A stretch of 64,000 bases of DNA from Octopus sinensis (lineage: Eukaryota), in NCBI RefSeq assembly GCF_006345805.1, contig NC_043021.1, positions 27,218,001 through 27,282,000 of the forward strand. Direction: 5' to 3'. The position numbers and the translations under genes were made by a program. The notes under the pieces were generated by a model. It had not been told where the DNA came from. It saw only the letters and a program-made list of their open reading frames with translations, and did not search any database. How positions within the stretch are numbered: position 1 is the stretch's first letter; the number at the start of each line of letters is the position of its first letter. Of the stretch, positions 1-13,200 are shown in pieces.

Positions 1-589
1 AATCACATTGATGGTTATTTTCACTATTTTAGACTGAAATGATTTTTGTTAGGATGAGATAAGCAGCAGCAGCAGTAGTATTAGTAGTTTACTCACGTCA
101 GCCACAACAAATTAATGACTTGTGTCCACGAAGTTTTCCCTGCATGACTCAAACAGGCTCGGTTGAACGCTTCCCGTGAAATAAATATACCAGTGCTGTA
201 CAGCAGAGTTAGTCTACAGGGGATAAAAAGAAAAACAAACAAAACTTAAAACAATGTAATGAGGTCACATGACCAATTCAAACAGTACAAAAGCGATGAT
301 GATGATGATGATGATGGAGACATCAATTTTAGCTCCATTCCATCATTTAGATGTGGTGGTGGTGGTGGTGGTGGATGAGTGGAAGATGTAGACTTGGTGG
401 GATAAATATGGTTTCAGGTCCAAAGAATTGAAGGAAAAGGAGTTTAGGGAATTCATCCTCATCATTTTAATGTCCACTTTTCCATGCTTTTTACTACTAC
501 TACTACTACTACTACTACTATACTAGCACCACTATTGTCATTTCACTTGCTCCAGCTAATTCAGTAAGAGAGAACAACCTGTTGTCAAG

Positions 590-895
590 GACCTCACAGG
601 TACTTAACATCCAAACACCAATCTAAAAATCCTTGCTGTCCCCAACAAAGCAGTTTTCTGAGCATCTTCTACTTTCATGTCAATTCCAATTTCACCAACA
701 AATTTCTCAAAATTGGTTGTTAATGTTCCATTATTATTATTGTTATTATTATTTGATGAAAGTTCTCAACTTAGTCTGCTGGGTGTGATGGAAAATGCCA
801 TGTTAATACATGGCGTTTGTTTATTGGTTATGCTTCAAGAATCCTACAGAGAACTCTTGCAGTTCTAAGCAATGGCTGATTTTTGTAGGTCTTCT
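590..895 (-). mobile_element. Two short C-terminal remnants of RLE-type (R4/NeSL-like) non-LTR retrotransposons
   Basis: Minus-strand peptides EDAQKTALLGTARI and LEDLQKSAI..TARVLCRIL resemble the QKxxLLGTAxILRxVL terminal motif of RLE LINEs. Confidence 0.4.
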
Positions 896-2226
896 AGCCT
901 TACATTTATTTTTGAGCCAGGTTGGTTGACCCTGACGGTTTGACCAGAGCTGGCAAGCTGCACCAGACTCCACTCTGTTTTGACATGGTTTCTACAGGTG
1001 GATGCCTCTTCCTAGCGCCAACCACTCTGTAGAGTGTGCTGAGTGCTTTTACATGGGACCGCATGGGTGCTTTTACGCGGCACTACATGGATGCTTTAGG
1101 TGGAACCATCACGAGTGCTTTACACCACCTGAGGGACCAGTCTTAACACTTTTGCTGCAGAGTACAGCAAGGCACCAGGTATCTCCGTCCTTTGTCATCT
1201 CACCTGAAAGGTTCAGCATCCTGAGATTGTTCTTCAGCACTTCATCCCATGTGATTCCTGGGTCTTCCACTTCCACGTGCTCCATCTACTTTGTTCTAAG
1301 TTCAGATTCCACTGAGGCTGACTTTACCTTTCATCCCTTCAAGATCAATGAGTACCAATTAAGCCCTGGAGTTGACATAATTGAACCCCCACCTGCACCC
1401 TCTAAAATTCCAGGCTTTGTGCCTATAGTAGAAAAGTGAGCCAGCAGAATCGTTAGCACCCCAGGCAAAATGCTTAGCATTTCTTTGAGGTCTCCTTTGC
1501 TTTTCATCCTTTTGAGGGCAATAAAAATAAAGTACCAATTGAGTACCTGGGCCAATGTACCAGCTTTCCCTGTCAAATGTAATGCTTATCTATTCACAAT
1601 ATTTTGAATTAATCATAGCTTTGAGATTTTGATGATGTAGTCATCTTCTTTTGGACTAACATTGTGGGTAGGTGTGAAAGACCAGATACGACCAGTTTTT
1701 ACATAAAACATGTAGAATATTTAGGCCAGATATGGCCAGTCTAAATGCTAAAGGATTAATTACTTTATAATCTGACAACCATCAATTAATAATACATACA
1801 CAACTACTCTTCTTTTACGATCTTAATATCACCTCAATGCCTTCAACATCACACTTTATCTAAGTTATTTATGTAAATTATAATTACAATAAAGATAATG
1901 ATTATTATTTTAACATTAAATCAAATAAATCACAGGTTCCTTCTACTTTCAGCACTTTTTATGCAGATGTCATCTTCCAGGTACACAACACCTGTTCATA
2001 CCTACACTATCCTCTCTTGATCAATATCTGATTTTGTTTATATAGATCACTTTAAAAGAAGAAGCTTGTATCACAAGATTAGGGATGGCCTCAATTGGAT
2101 TCATATCAAAATAGTCAAACAACAAACAAAATATACATTGAGTCTTGCAAAATTTATAAATTGATTATTACAAAATTATTAGAATTATCCAACTTTTTTT
2201 ATTTATAGGAGAAACAAGAAACTAAC

Positions 2227-2312
2227 CTGACATTAACAACGCCCAGCATGTCTCGAGAGATGTAGTGAAGAATGAAAGCATTCAGTATAAATGTCAAAAT
2301 CCGAGTGCTTAG
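2227..2312 (-). CDS. RFT1: Protein RFT1 homolog, coding exon 2 (LSTRILTFILNAFILHYISRDMLGVVNV-R); gene continues beyond the left edge
   Basis: Polypyrimidine/TTTCTCAG acceptor and GTTAGT donor; 86 nt in phase with exon 1. Matches the recalled human sequence [29 protein letters not shown]. No exon 3 found in the window. Confidence 0.9.
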
Positions 2313-2599
2313 CTGAGAAATAGACAAAATGATGCAATTATTTTAAAGACACATTTGCATATTAATGATGTCTTCTTTTACAAAAACACAGCTGAGTGTT
2401 TAGTCTTTCAGTATTGGTCTAACTTAGACTAGAAAGTTCTAGCATTCTAGACTTCTTCATAATGGATTAATAATTTAGAAGAAACAGTTCCAGTTCCAAA
2501 ATTGTGGTAAAGATTCAGTTAATGATGAATGATTTTTGTTGTTTAGTGGATCAACACTGATGAATGCCATTATGTATTTGTCTGAGCCATAATAATAAT

Positions 2600-3735
2600 A
2601 ATAATAATCCTTTCTACTAAAGACACAAGGCCTGAAATTTGGAGGGAAGGGGCTAGTTGATTACAGCAACACTAGTTTCTCACTGGTACTTAATTCATTG
2701 ACCCCTAAAGAATGAAAAGTTGACTTCAACAGAATTTGAACCCAAAATGTAAAGAGAGATTAAATGCTGTCAAGAATTTTGCCTGATGAGCTGACAATTC
2801 TGCCAGTTGGCCACCTTAATAATAATAAAGGCACAAGGCCTGAAATTTATGGGGAGGGGACAAGTTGATTGCATTGACCCCCAGTGTTCAACTGGTACTT
2901 AATTTACCGACCCCAGAAGGATTAAAAGCAAAGTCGACCACAGTGGATTTTGAACTCAGAAGGTACATCTATCTTCCTCATAAAATCAAAGCCACAATAT
3001 TTCAAGTAGATTGTTCACAGCAGTTCATTGCATGTAGGAGAATGATTCCTATAACACCTGAAAGGAGTCCCCTACCAGTTGTCGTTGCTGTGTGTCCCCT
3101 TTTCTCTCTCTACTGCATTCATTCTAGGATCAACACTGGCGAGACTTCACTAAATATCGGTTTTAAATTTTGGCAGAAGGCCAGCAATTTCGGTGAGAGG
3201 GGCGTGAAGTCGACTACATCAACCCCAGGGCTCAACTTTATTAACCCCCGAAAGGAAGAACAGCAATATCGAACTCAGAACGTTAAGACGGAGAAAATGT
3301 TGCTAAGCATTTTGCCCGGCGTGCTAACGGTTCTGCCAGCTCACCGCCTTTTAGAGACGTACCGCAATATTCTTTTCTACTGTAGGAACAAGGCACAAAA
3401 GTTTGGGAGGAGAGGGCGCAAGTCGATTATATCGACCCCCAGTACGCAACTAGTACTTAATTTATCGACTCCGAAAGGATGAAAGGCAAAGTCGACCTCG
3501 GCGGAATTTGAACTCAGAACGTAGCGGCAGACGAAATACCTATTTCTTTATTAGCCACAAGGGGCTAAACAGAGAGGATAAACGGATTAAGTCGATTACA
3601 TCGACCCCAGTGTGTAACTGCTACTTATTTAATTGACCCCGAAAGGATGAAAGGCAAAGTTGACCTCGGCGGAATTTGAACTCAGAACGTAACGGCAGGC
3701 GAAATACTGCTAACGGTTCTGCCAGTTCGCGGCCG
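2600..3735 (-). mobile_element. Cluster of several tRNA-derived SINE copies in RFT1 intron 1
   Basis: Repeated core GACCCCGAAAGGATGAAAGGCAAAGTCGACCTCGGCGGAATTTGAACTCAGAAC; the reverse complement contains a B-box-like GAGTTCAAATTCC. The same family recurs elsewhere, e.g. about 37775-37920. Confidence 0.7.
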
Positions 3736-4128
3736 CCTTACGTAGCTAAATATTGCGGGATATTTGATTCAACACTCAATCGTTTCTATTACTTTACAGT
3801 GGATTTTATTTTAACCATTCATATTTAGACACAACATCAATAACAAAATAATTTCAATTTTCTAAACTTCGAGAAAACAGCTGTAATTTAATGTAAACAA
3901 AAACAGTAGTTGTTACATTATAAAAACAAAATAAGATACAAGTAAAACTAATAATTGAGTTCCTGGTCTCTTCGGGGAATATATTCGTTAATTCTATTAT
4001 CCATTTATATTTAATTCCAAATATATTTAGAGGATTAAGGATTTGGATTAAGAAACAGGTCAGGAGTAAATTGGGACAAAACCGGTCGGCAAAGGAAGAA
4101 GTATGGTAAATAAAGTGGTATTTAATAC

Positions 4129-4191
4129 CTGCAGAATGATATTATAGGATGCGGCTTTAGCAGCTCCTGAGAGTAGATTTGAAGCTTTCAT
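4129..4191 (-). CDS. RFT1: Protein RFT1 homolog, coding exon 1 (MKASNLLSGAAKAASYNIILQ)
   Basis: Minus-strand ATG at 4191, 21 codons, then a GTATTA donor. The peptide aligns from memory with the human RFT1 N-terminus [21 protein letters not shown] (same length, same junction after Q). Confidence 0.85.
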
Positions 4192-4772
4192 CTTCCTTTA
4201 AATCTCGGTAGTTTTTGGTTAATATTGAAAAGTTTATTAATTAAACGAGAAAAACACGGCAGACGACTTCCATGTTGTTGGAAGGTCGCTTAAAACATGT
4301 GTCAATAATAAAACTTTAGCATATTTCTTTTTACAAAATAAAAAAAAGGAAAACAAAGAAATATTGATTTTAAAATATTTAATAGAAATTTAAATTTGTA
4401 AATAATTCTTCACTAGCCAGTACTTATATTTGGCCAACTTTTTCTGATTACATAAGCGACGTTTCAATTAAGGAAGCACTTGCTTTCATCCTTTAACCAC
4501 GGAAAACTTGTTATGTTGTCGTTCTCGCTGCCGGTTTATATGGAAATCTTTCTTTTTTTTTTTACGAAAGGCAAACATCATTTATCTATTAAATACAGTA
4601 TTCATGAAACGAAACAAAAATTATTTCTTTAACTGTAGGCGTTGGTTTCGCTGTGTAATTAACTTCGCTAAGCAACAAGTTTTTGGGGTTCACTTGTCCC
4701 AGGTACCACGATGGGACACTTTGGGTCTTATACTATATAGTTCTGGGTCAACTAATACTTTATTTGGCGATC

Positions 4773-4908
4773 CTTCGGTATAAGTACACACGTGACTTTG
4801 TTTACATTTCTGAAGATAACAGAAACCCTTTTCTTCCACCCCTAACCCTAACCGCCCCATATATAAAAAAAACACTTTCTTGAAATGTATCCGGTACTTA
4901 TACCGAAG
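4773..4908. mobile_element. Small MITE-like element with 15-bp TIRs
   Basis: CTTCGGTATAAGTAC (4773-4787) and its exact reverse complement (4894-4908); internal CCCTAA-like repeats. No clear TSD. Confidence 0.5.
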
Positions 4909-6142
4909 TTACCCCCTTTATTTCTGAGTGGATTTGGTATGCAAAAACTACACACACATACACATATTTATGTGTGTGTGCCTCAAATTCGACTTAGCTC
5001 AAGATATCCGGGGGTATTCGTCACTGAGCAGACGAAATGAGATCGAATCACCATATGTGACGATACACCGCAATGGCCTTTTCCGAAGTTTGTGAATAAA
5101 TATGTTCTACGCTTGCATATAATATACATTATAAATGTTATACACACCGCCGTTCTAATCTGATTCTGTTTCAAGTGCTGAGATATAGTTATGCATACCT
5201 GTGCGAGTTATGCATACCTGTGCAAGTCATGCATGACCATTGGATTGAAGAGATATCTCCTATTCTGACCTCATTTCCCATCCCATTAAAAATAGCTTCG
5301 AACCTCCTATCTGTCAGGTTTTTTTGTAATTGGTGTCGCTAAAGACTGACGACATGGCTGAATGGATTTGGCCTCAGTCTAAAATTAAAAACCCTTTCAA
5401 AATTCTTAGTCAAATCGGTTTTGCCAACTGAACAAAATTATTTTCTCTTTGTTCGTTGTTACATTCCTGGACTTGTCTTTTGACTTTTGATTATCTGACC
5501 CAAGTTGGAATTTTTCCCTTTTGACCAGGATCTTTCAATGATTTAAGATTATTTTCCGTTTTGTTCAAATTTACTTTCAATTCGCACACACACATATGTA
5601 CGTCTATTTCTTTTATAAAATCTTTTGAACTTTCAAATGACTAAAACGTGCGTTATAGAAGAACTTTTGAAAAATAGTTTTTCAAAGAAGGACTTTGAAA
5701 GGAAACAATTATAAATGATGGCAGACCAACTCCGAAATTACCCAATTTGCAAAGTTTCAACAAGATAATCTTTATAAAAAGGGGAAAGTAGATGACTGGA
5801 AGTGCGAAACTAAATAAGTTATTCTGCTGACCATGTTTGTTATTTGGTTTAGAAAAACTATTTGGAGTGATAAAGGTCACGCTGATTTAAATAATCATCA
5901 TATGGCCATGCTAAAACATGAATGTTCTGAAAGACATTTAAAATCTTTGATTCATATTAAACAATGTTTGGATAGACTTGCAATTGGATGCGTATAAAAA
6001 ACAAAACAGAGCACACAACAGCATAATGAAGAAGTTAGATGAAACCGGTCGATTCTGCAGTGTGGTCGATCAATGCAGTCACCAGGAATCATCATTTCAG
6101 GGTCGTTTTGAATCCAATAATAATGGAAATTATAAAGAACTC

Positions 6143-6555
6143 GGATCTTTTCGGTTTGAACGGCAGTTTTTTTCTAGCGGTGTCATATGAAAATGTCACC
6201 CATAATTATGACCCTAGTATCGATCTATTGCATTTCAATCTGTTTTAATTTAGGGGTGGGGGGAAGGGCATCTTTTTTTTTTCTTCACAAATGTAAATAA
6301 ACCCAATCTGTTTCTTAAACGAGGGACATATTCATATGGCACAGAATGCTTTTTTACTTCAATGGACGTCAGTGATTGGTTGAAATTGCAGAAATTGAAG
6401 AAAAAAACCCAAATATTTTACAAACTATAGAATTTTCTCAATAAAGCCAAGAGAAAAGATGTTTTATAAACACATTCTACCAGTATACGAAGTTTAAAAG
6501 TGTTTAGTTAGGTGGAAATTATTTTAAAAAACTGCCGTTCAAACCGAAAAGATCC
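6143..6555. mobile_element. 413-bp non-autonomous DNA transposon (MITE) with 8-bp TSD
   Basis: TIRs GGATCTTTTCGGTTTGAACGGCAGTTTTT and its reverse complement; exact TSD AAGAACTC at 6135-6142 and 6556-6563. Confidence 0.85.
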
Positions 6556-6722
6556 AAGAACTCTTATATTTAAGAAGTAAATAAGATGAAAAATTGGCAA
6601 GCTTCTGTTTTCTCAAGTCTCTCAAACAGAATTCAAAATGACTTGATTGATGCAGTTCAAAAAAGTTAAATGAAATAGAAAATGAATTGAAACAGGCTAA
6701 ATTCGTAGCTATTCTTGTAGAT

Positions 6723-6888
6723 TAGGGGTTCCCAACCCCCTTGGGGGTTGCATGGCCTTGCTAAAAGTGGCTTGGATAATATTAATTTCAATTCATCCGT
6801 TTTTTATGCTCTGCTGATAGTAGGGCGTCGTGTGGGTTTCAAGCTTTTGGGTAAGGGATCACGAGTGCAAAAACGTTGGAAACTGCTG
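6723..6888. mobile_element. 166-bp hAT (Charlie-like) MITE
   Basis: Imperfect TIRs TAGGGGTTCCCAAC / CAGCAGTTTCCAAC (reverse complement of the right end); exact 8-bp TSD TTGTAGAT at 6715-6722 and 6889-6896. Confidence 0.8.
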
Positions 6889-7329
6889 TTGTAGATGAGA
6901 CATCTGATGTATCAAACTATTCACAACTGTTTTATGTTACAAAAGATTGTTAATTATGTTTTATTTAGTGCAGATCGTTCAGTAAATGCTTTATCTGAAC
7001 ATGTTTTTAAAGGCACTGAAACGTGCAAGTGTGGAAACAAATTAATTGCTTAGACCTATGATGGTACCACTACAATGGCAGGACACTTTGCTCATTGTTG
7101 TGCTCGTGTCTTAAACTTAGTTCTTTTGTTCTGCTATAAAAGAATGCAAGATATTTTTTCTACAATAAATGGACTGGGTGCATTTTTTATGAAATCACCT
7201 CAAAGGGCTAATGCGTTGGGTAAAATAGTTTAAAAAAGATTTCCCAAAGCTACAGGAACTGGATGGAACTACTCCTCACATCTTGTTCTTACTATTGTAA
7301 TTTCGAAGTCAGCTTTTTTGAAAAAAAAC

Positions 7330-7770
7330 CTCTGGTACATTCGTCACAGATAATTAAGTGACATCTTTGTATTAGTTCACCCATTGCAGAATATTTAGAT
7401 ATATTACAAACAGGATCTTGTTTGTTAGATAAATCTATCTGACTAATGGGCAGTCCGACCCCCCCGGGTAGTAATGTTGCTGCAATCCCTGAAGTAGCAG
7501 TAACTAAAGCTATTTTATTTCCTTGATGAACTTTAGCCAGGAGGAGTTTAATTACAAGTTTTCCCAGTACCTCTTGGAGAATCTAATAAAGTCCTCCTGT
7601 GTTATTGTTAATACTTTCCATGACAGTGGAATATGCACGATGTTGATCTGGTAGAAGCTTGGGAAGATTATCATTTATGTTCACGGTCAGTTCATCCTTA
7701 TCATAGGAAATTTCCCTCATTATTTCAGTGGACAGAGTGTTAAGATCCCTTCTATTAGTTAGTGGGAGAC
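7330..7770 (-). mobile_element. Helitron RepHel helicase (PIF1-like) fragment, frameshifted
   Basis: Minus strand encodes LLPDQHRAYSTVM, a Walker A-like LDSPRGTGKT, KIALVTATSGIAATLLPGG(R)TAH and a Walker B-like LIICDECT. Confidence 0.8.
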
Positions 7771-8603
7771 CAGAGAGAAAGAAAGAGACAAAGAAAGACA
7801 GAGTAAAGGAAGAGGGAAAATAAAGAAGAAAGAAAATCATAGAGATGGTGTCTGGTTGTAGGATAAACAAAGAAACAGAATCTCTTTGAAGTAGCATGGC
7901 AGTGAGAGAGACAGAATACAGAGGGGGAGAGAGAGAATAGAGGAGACAGAGAAAGAAAATTATAGAGATGGTGTCTAGTTTTCACTTTGTGGGAAAGACA
8001 GACAGAATCTCTTTTATAGATATATAGATGTATGTGTCACTTTTTGTACTTGGTTTGCAAGATTCTTGATGTGAATTTGTGTGTTGAAACATTTTGTTGT
8101 TATAATTTCTGTTCCTTCTCTGGAACTTTCTGTTTCTTGTTGGTAAGGCGATGCTGGCAATGAACACACTCGAAAGGTGCTTTTTTATGTGCCACTGGCA
8201 CAGGAGTCAGTCAGCAATCATGCTTTTAATGTTCCACTGGCACGAGTGCCAGTCAGGTGGTACTGTCATCAGCCACGTCAGCAAGTTTGATTTCGCTTGC
8301 CTCAACAGGTCTTCACAAGCCAAGTTTAATGCATCTAAATAAGCTTTACATTTGATAAATTAACCTGAATGCTAAAGAGCTAAAATTAAATTCCAACTTC
8401 AACTGCAGTATTTTTAATCTTCCACACTCCTTAATCCATACTTTTCCAGGTTGGATTAAGATTATTATCGTTCCTGTGCCTGCAGTTTTCCTGCTAGTTT
8501 ACTCTTTTTACTTGCAATGTTTTTTTATAGTCACAAAGTATTTATTGAAACAAACCTCAAATATAAAAGCTGAATATTTAAAACATTCTGGGTATGTCTA
8601 AAC

Positions 8604-8926
8604 CAAAGGTTCTCAATTGGGGCCATTTGGAACTCAAGTGGAGTGTTTTGGAGCAAAGGGGCTCTCTTGTACCAAAGAGCACTCTTTCAATAAACAATAA
8701 GTGTCAAGTGGTGAAACAAATGCAATTACCAAACTTTCAATTCATTATTTTGCATTTCAATTTGTACATCTGTATTCCCAGCTGCGTACAAGCGCGTATG
8801 TAAAATGACGCCCTTTATTTTTTAACCATTATCTGCTGATATCAAAATAAGTAGTATATTGAAAAGCCATTTGTGACTCCAAAGATCAAAAGGGGGCCTT
8901 TGGCCAAAATAGGTTGAGAACCTTTG
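8604..8926. mobile_element. hAT (Charlie-like) MITE
   Basis: TIRs CAAAGGTTCTCAA / TTGAGAACCTTTG; flanks GTCTAAAC and GTCTCGAC (6 of 8 identical, near the nTCTAGAn target). Confidence 0.65.
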
Positions 8927-10205
8927 GTCTCGACTATAAGTCAGAAAGTAATTTTTTAAATTTTCAAGAATAAGTTATAGAAATACCAGTGTGGAACCTG
9001 AAATGAGAGAGAAAACTGCCCAAAAAGCAGCAGTAGATGAATTGAATGAGGTCAGTCAGAAATGAATAGAGCAAATATGAGGAGAGCAATTTGGTGCAAA
9101 AGTGGTCTGATTCCATTCACATTTTCAAGTCTACTTGTAAATCAGGCCTCAGGTACACTTGATGCCTCCACGACAAACCAAACATCAGATGGCCAGCCTG
9201 GCACCGCCTTGGAAAGTTTGGTTAAAGGAAACAAGTAAAAAGATGGATGCTTGAGTCACATTCAAAGTTACTTCTTTGGATTGGTTGTATCACATCAATG
9301 ACACACCACCACCATCCTCTACCATCAAAATGGCAGCCTTTTACATCATTTGAAAAAATGGTATTTAACACTTTCATTACTGTATTTATTTTGAGATGCT
9401 CTGTGTTTCTTTCAATTACTTTAAATATAAACAAAGAATTTAGTAAAATAACTTGGTTATCATTCAGTTAGTGTTAGGAACATAAATTGCGACTAAGGTT
9501 TGGTGGAAGATTTTAATTCAAAACTTATGCAAACTAGACATTTGTACTCAGAGCCAGAGCCAGTTTCAGCCGGGTTGGTAATGAAAGGGTTAATAGATGC
9601 ATCAAATATATACACTTCATATAGAATAATTAAATATTTTATTGAAAATACTTTGAAGGATTGGATCCAAAGAGAACAAAATATGAGGGAAACTTTTATA
9701 TAAAATGTTTTAATATTTCACTGAGGTCAATAGAATAGAATTTCTTTATTTAAAAGTTACAGATTCCTCAGTTGTTATTTTATTAAATTGCTGGTGAATC
9801 TGCTTCATAAAAACGTATCAGTGATTCACACACAGAGTTATTCAGATTCATGATTTATACAAAGAATTACGAACAAAGCCTGTGGAGTCTACTGCTCACA
9901 GTTGAGGTTGGTTTGTATGCAGATAATATGGCCATCACCAATGAAATCCCTTTCAAAAGCAGTTGAACTCCTGTCCATTTTTATGAGTTCTACTGCTCAA
10001 CTACGAGATGGAAATATTATGTAAACAATAGATGTGGAAGCGCTGTTCCAAAATTGCAAGGCACAGTGTGTCAGAGAGAACGAAGATGGGTGGTGGGGGA
10101 GGGGAGCAAGCCCAACATGATTGTTTTGTGTGTATGTGTGAATCGTCACCATTTTAGCATCCACTTTTCCATATTTGCATGAGTTAATATATGTGTGTGT
10201 GTATC

Positions 10206-13200
10206 TGTTACACATTCATATCTATGTGTATACGTATGTATGAATACATCCCCACTATTGGCACTATTTGTTAGTAAACAGTATGAACTGCATCTAAGGC
10301 GGATATGCACAATGTGTATCACTCTGCTGTATATTGACAGTTCGTGTAACAGGTAAAGTAAATAAACACGTAAAACAATAACAATGCCTTCATTGAGTTG
10401 TCTATCATCCCATCACGAATGAAAGAATGCATAACATGGTGGCAGCGGTTAATAATTAACCAGAAACTGTGCCTTTACAACAAAACAGGAACACAACAAA
10501 CCAGAAATTTAACAAACTAAATATCGCTTCATCTTCAGACACACACACACGAGGATCCAAAATGGTGGCCCCCGTTGCCGTACAGATGAATTTACATCCG
10601 ACCATAAACTGGGACGCCGATTATATTGTGGAAACGTTCAAGAAATTCAAACAGAAAACTCAACTGGCTTTCAAAAGCTTCCTGAAAGGTACAACTGCCG
10701 ATGAAAAGGTAAGCTACATCCTTTTATGGACGGGAGAGAGGGCTTAGACCTATTCAATAGCTGGAACATGTCAGAATTGGATTGCAATAACCCAGACACA
10801 CTTTTAGAGAAATTTGAAAGGCACCAGATCGAACCATAGAATTCACAGATACGAATTCCAGGGCCTGAAGCAAGACCCACAAGAAACGATTGACAATTTC
10901 CTGTCCAGACTAAAGAATGTTGCCGAGAAATGCAAATTCAAAGACAAGGACGAAAGGATTGTTGATCAACTTATATAGGGGTGTGCTCATAAAGAAGTCC
11001 AGAAATCCCTCATAGGTAAGGACGCTCTCCAGCTAATAGAAGCAGTAGACACTGCAAGAGCATTCGAAGCCACTACCAAACAAATGGCCTCAGTTACTTT
11101 ACAAACAAACACACTAGGCAGCAGTGTAGATATTGTATCTAGACATAGGACGAAACATACCCGCAAACAAAGAACATGCCAGTACTGTGGTACAGAGCAG
11201 GAGTTCAATAACCGGAAGAAATGTCCTGCATTCGGTATACACTGCAAAGCATGTGGAAAACCCAAGCACTGGAAAAAAATGTGTAGACTAACAAAATCTC
11301 AGAAATTCAAGCCCTAATTTTCAAAGAGAGTGGAAAGAGAAGACAAAGAGATATACATGCCCAACAACAAGAACAAAACACCTCAGAAGAGGAATTCTTG
11401 GCAGTCAGCACAATAAATGTGCATGAGATGGGAAATGGCGACCAGAGAAAAGAAATGAGGCATACACAACGATACGAATACAAAAGAAGTCTGGCAAGAA
11501 ACGAATAAACATTGACTTAAGGCTGAAGATTGACACTGGAGCCCAGAGTGATATCTTGCCTGTCAACCTCTACAAAAAGATGTTCCCAGAACACATGACA
11601 CAAGGGAATAAAATCAAAGAAGGAATCCTCACACCAAGTGATGTAATCCTCACTGCGTACGGAGGTACCAGGATTCCACAACTGGGCAAAACAACAATCA
11701 CAGGGACACACAAAGGAAAAATAATCAAGTGTTCTTTTAATGTCACAAGAACAGAAGGACCAGCAATTCTTGAACTCAATACTTGTAAAAAGCTTAATAT
11801 TGTGTCAATCAATGGTGAAGTGAAGGTAGCGCCGAGCAGGATTGACAGAGATATGACTACCAAAGACCGACCACCAATCACAAATAAAGAAGAATTGATA
11901 AGCATGCACCCAGAATGCTTTGACGATACAGTCGGGTGTTTTGTGAAATGTCGATGCCATATAACAGTCGACCCCAATACCAAACCAATTGTTCATCCAC
12001 CATGCCACGGTCCTCTAGAATTAAAAGAGAAACTGAAGGCAGAGTTGGACAGAATGGAAGAAAAAAGAAATAATCACCAAAGTGACACGACCAACAGACT
12101 GGGTCAATTCAATTGTAATCAAAGAAAAACCCAATGGTACCCTACAGATATGCCTCGACCCAAGGGATCTGAACAAGGCATTAAAAAAAGAGTACCATCC
12201 AATTCCAACCCGTGAAGAAATCACACCATCATTAGCTGGATCCAAGATATTCAGCAAACTGGATGCCAGTAATGGGTACTGGACTGTAAAGATAGACAAA
12301 GCATCATCCATGCCCACTACCTTCAACACACCATTTGGCAGATACCGATTCAACCGACTCCCATTTGGGTTGAAGGTGAGCCAAGATGTTTTCCAGCGCC
12401 AAATAGATGAGACCTACCAAGGCTGCAAGGGAGCAACTGGGATCGCAGATGACATCCAAGTGCATGGCAAGGATGAGATCACATATGACTCCAATTTACA
12501 TGAAGCCATGGAGAAAACCCGACAAGCAGGTATCAAACTCAATGCAGGCAAGTGTGTGATAAAAGCAAAAGGAGTATATAATCTTTGAGATTATATACTC
12601 TGCAGAGGGAGTTAAACCAGACCCCATTAAAGTGGAAGCCATCAGAGACATCAAAGACAAGAAGGAACTCAGGAGCTTCCTTGGACTCATCCACTACATG
12701 GGAGGCTTAATACCCAAGCTGGCCGATCACACTGCAAATCTCTGAGAACTAAACAAAGATGACGTAGTGTTTGATTGGTGTGCTTCACACACACAGGATT
12801 TCAGCGCAATCAAAAAGCTCATCAGTAAGGAGACAACTCTGCAATACTATGACAGATGCAAACCAGTAATACTCCAAGTCGATGCTTCTATGAGAGGAGT
12901 TGGCGCAGCACTGGTACAGGAAGGTAAACCCATTGCATTTGCCTCGAAAGCTCTCTCACCCACAGAGACAAGGTATGCAAATATTGAAAGGGAACTCCTT
13001 GCAGTAGTATATGGCTGTGAAAAGTTCCATACATACCTGTATGGCAGACATTTCAATATTGAATCAGACCATTGCTCGCTAGAACAAATACATAGAAAAA
13101 AACCCCACGAAAGCACCAGCCAGACTGCAAAGATTACTGTTGAGGCTCCAAAAGTACAACTACAATATCGGGTAGAAGCCAGGAAAGGACCTGATATTGG

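Larger units (their letters stand above)
5640..7300 (+). pseudogene. Degraded hAT-superfamily (ZMYM1/DUF4371-like) transposase
   Basis: Frame-broken peptides in the expected order: NDGRPTP; W..KGH.DLNN...KHE.S.RH; SFQG.FES.NNGNYKEL; NRIQNDLIDA; FVAILVD|ETSDVSNYSQL; LIA*TYDG; HC.A.VLNLVL; GWNYSS. Interrupted by stops, frameshifts and two MITEs. Confidence 0.75.

Noticed and set aside
2865-3482. 205-aa ORF
   Set aside because: Composed of antisense SINE copies within RFT1 intron 1; no protein-family features.
9990-10060. DGNIM*TIDVEALFQN resembling a PLE RT motif
   Set aside because: A single short motif with a stop codon; too little to call.
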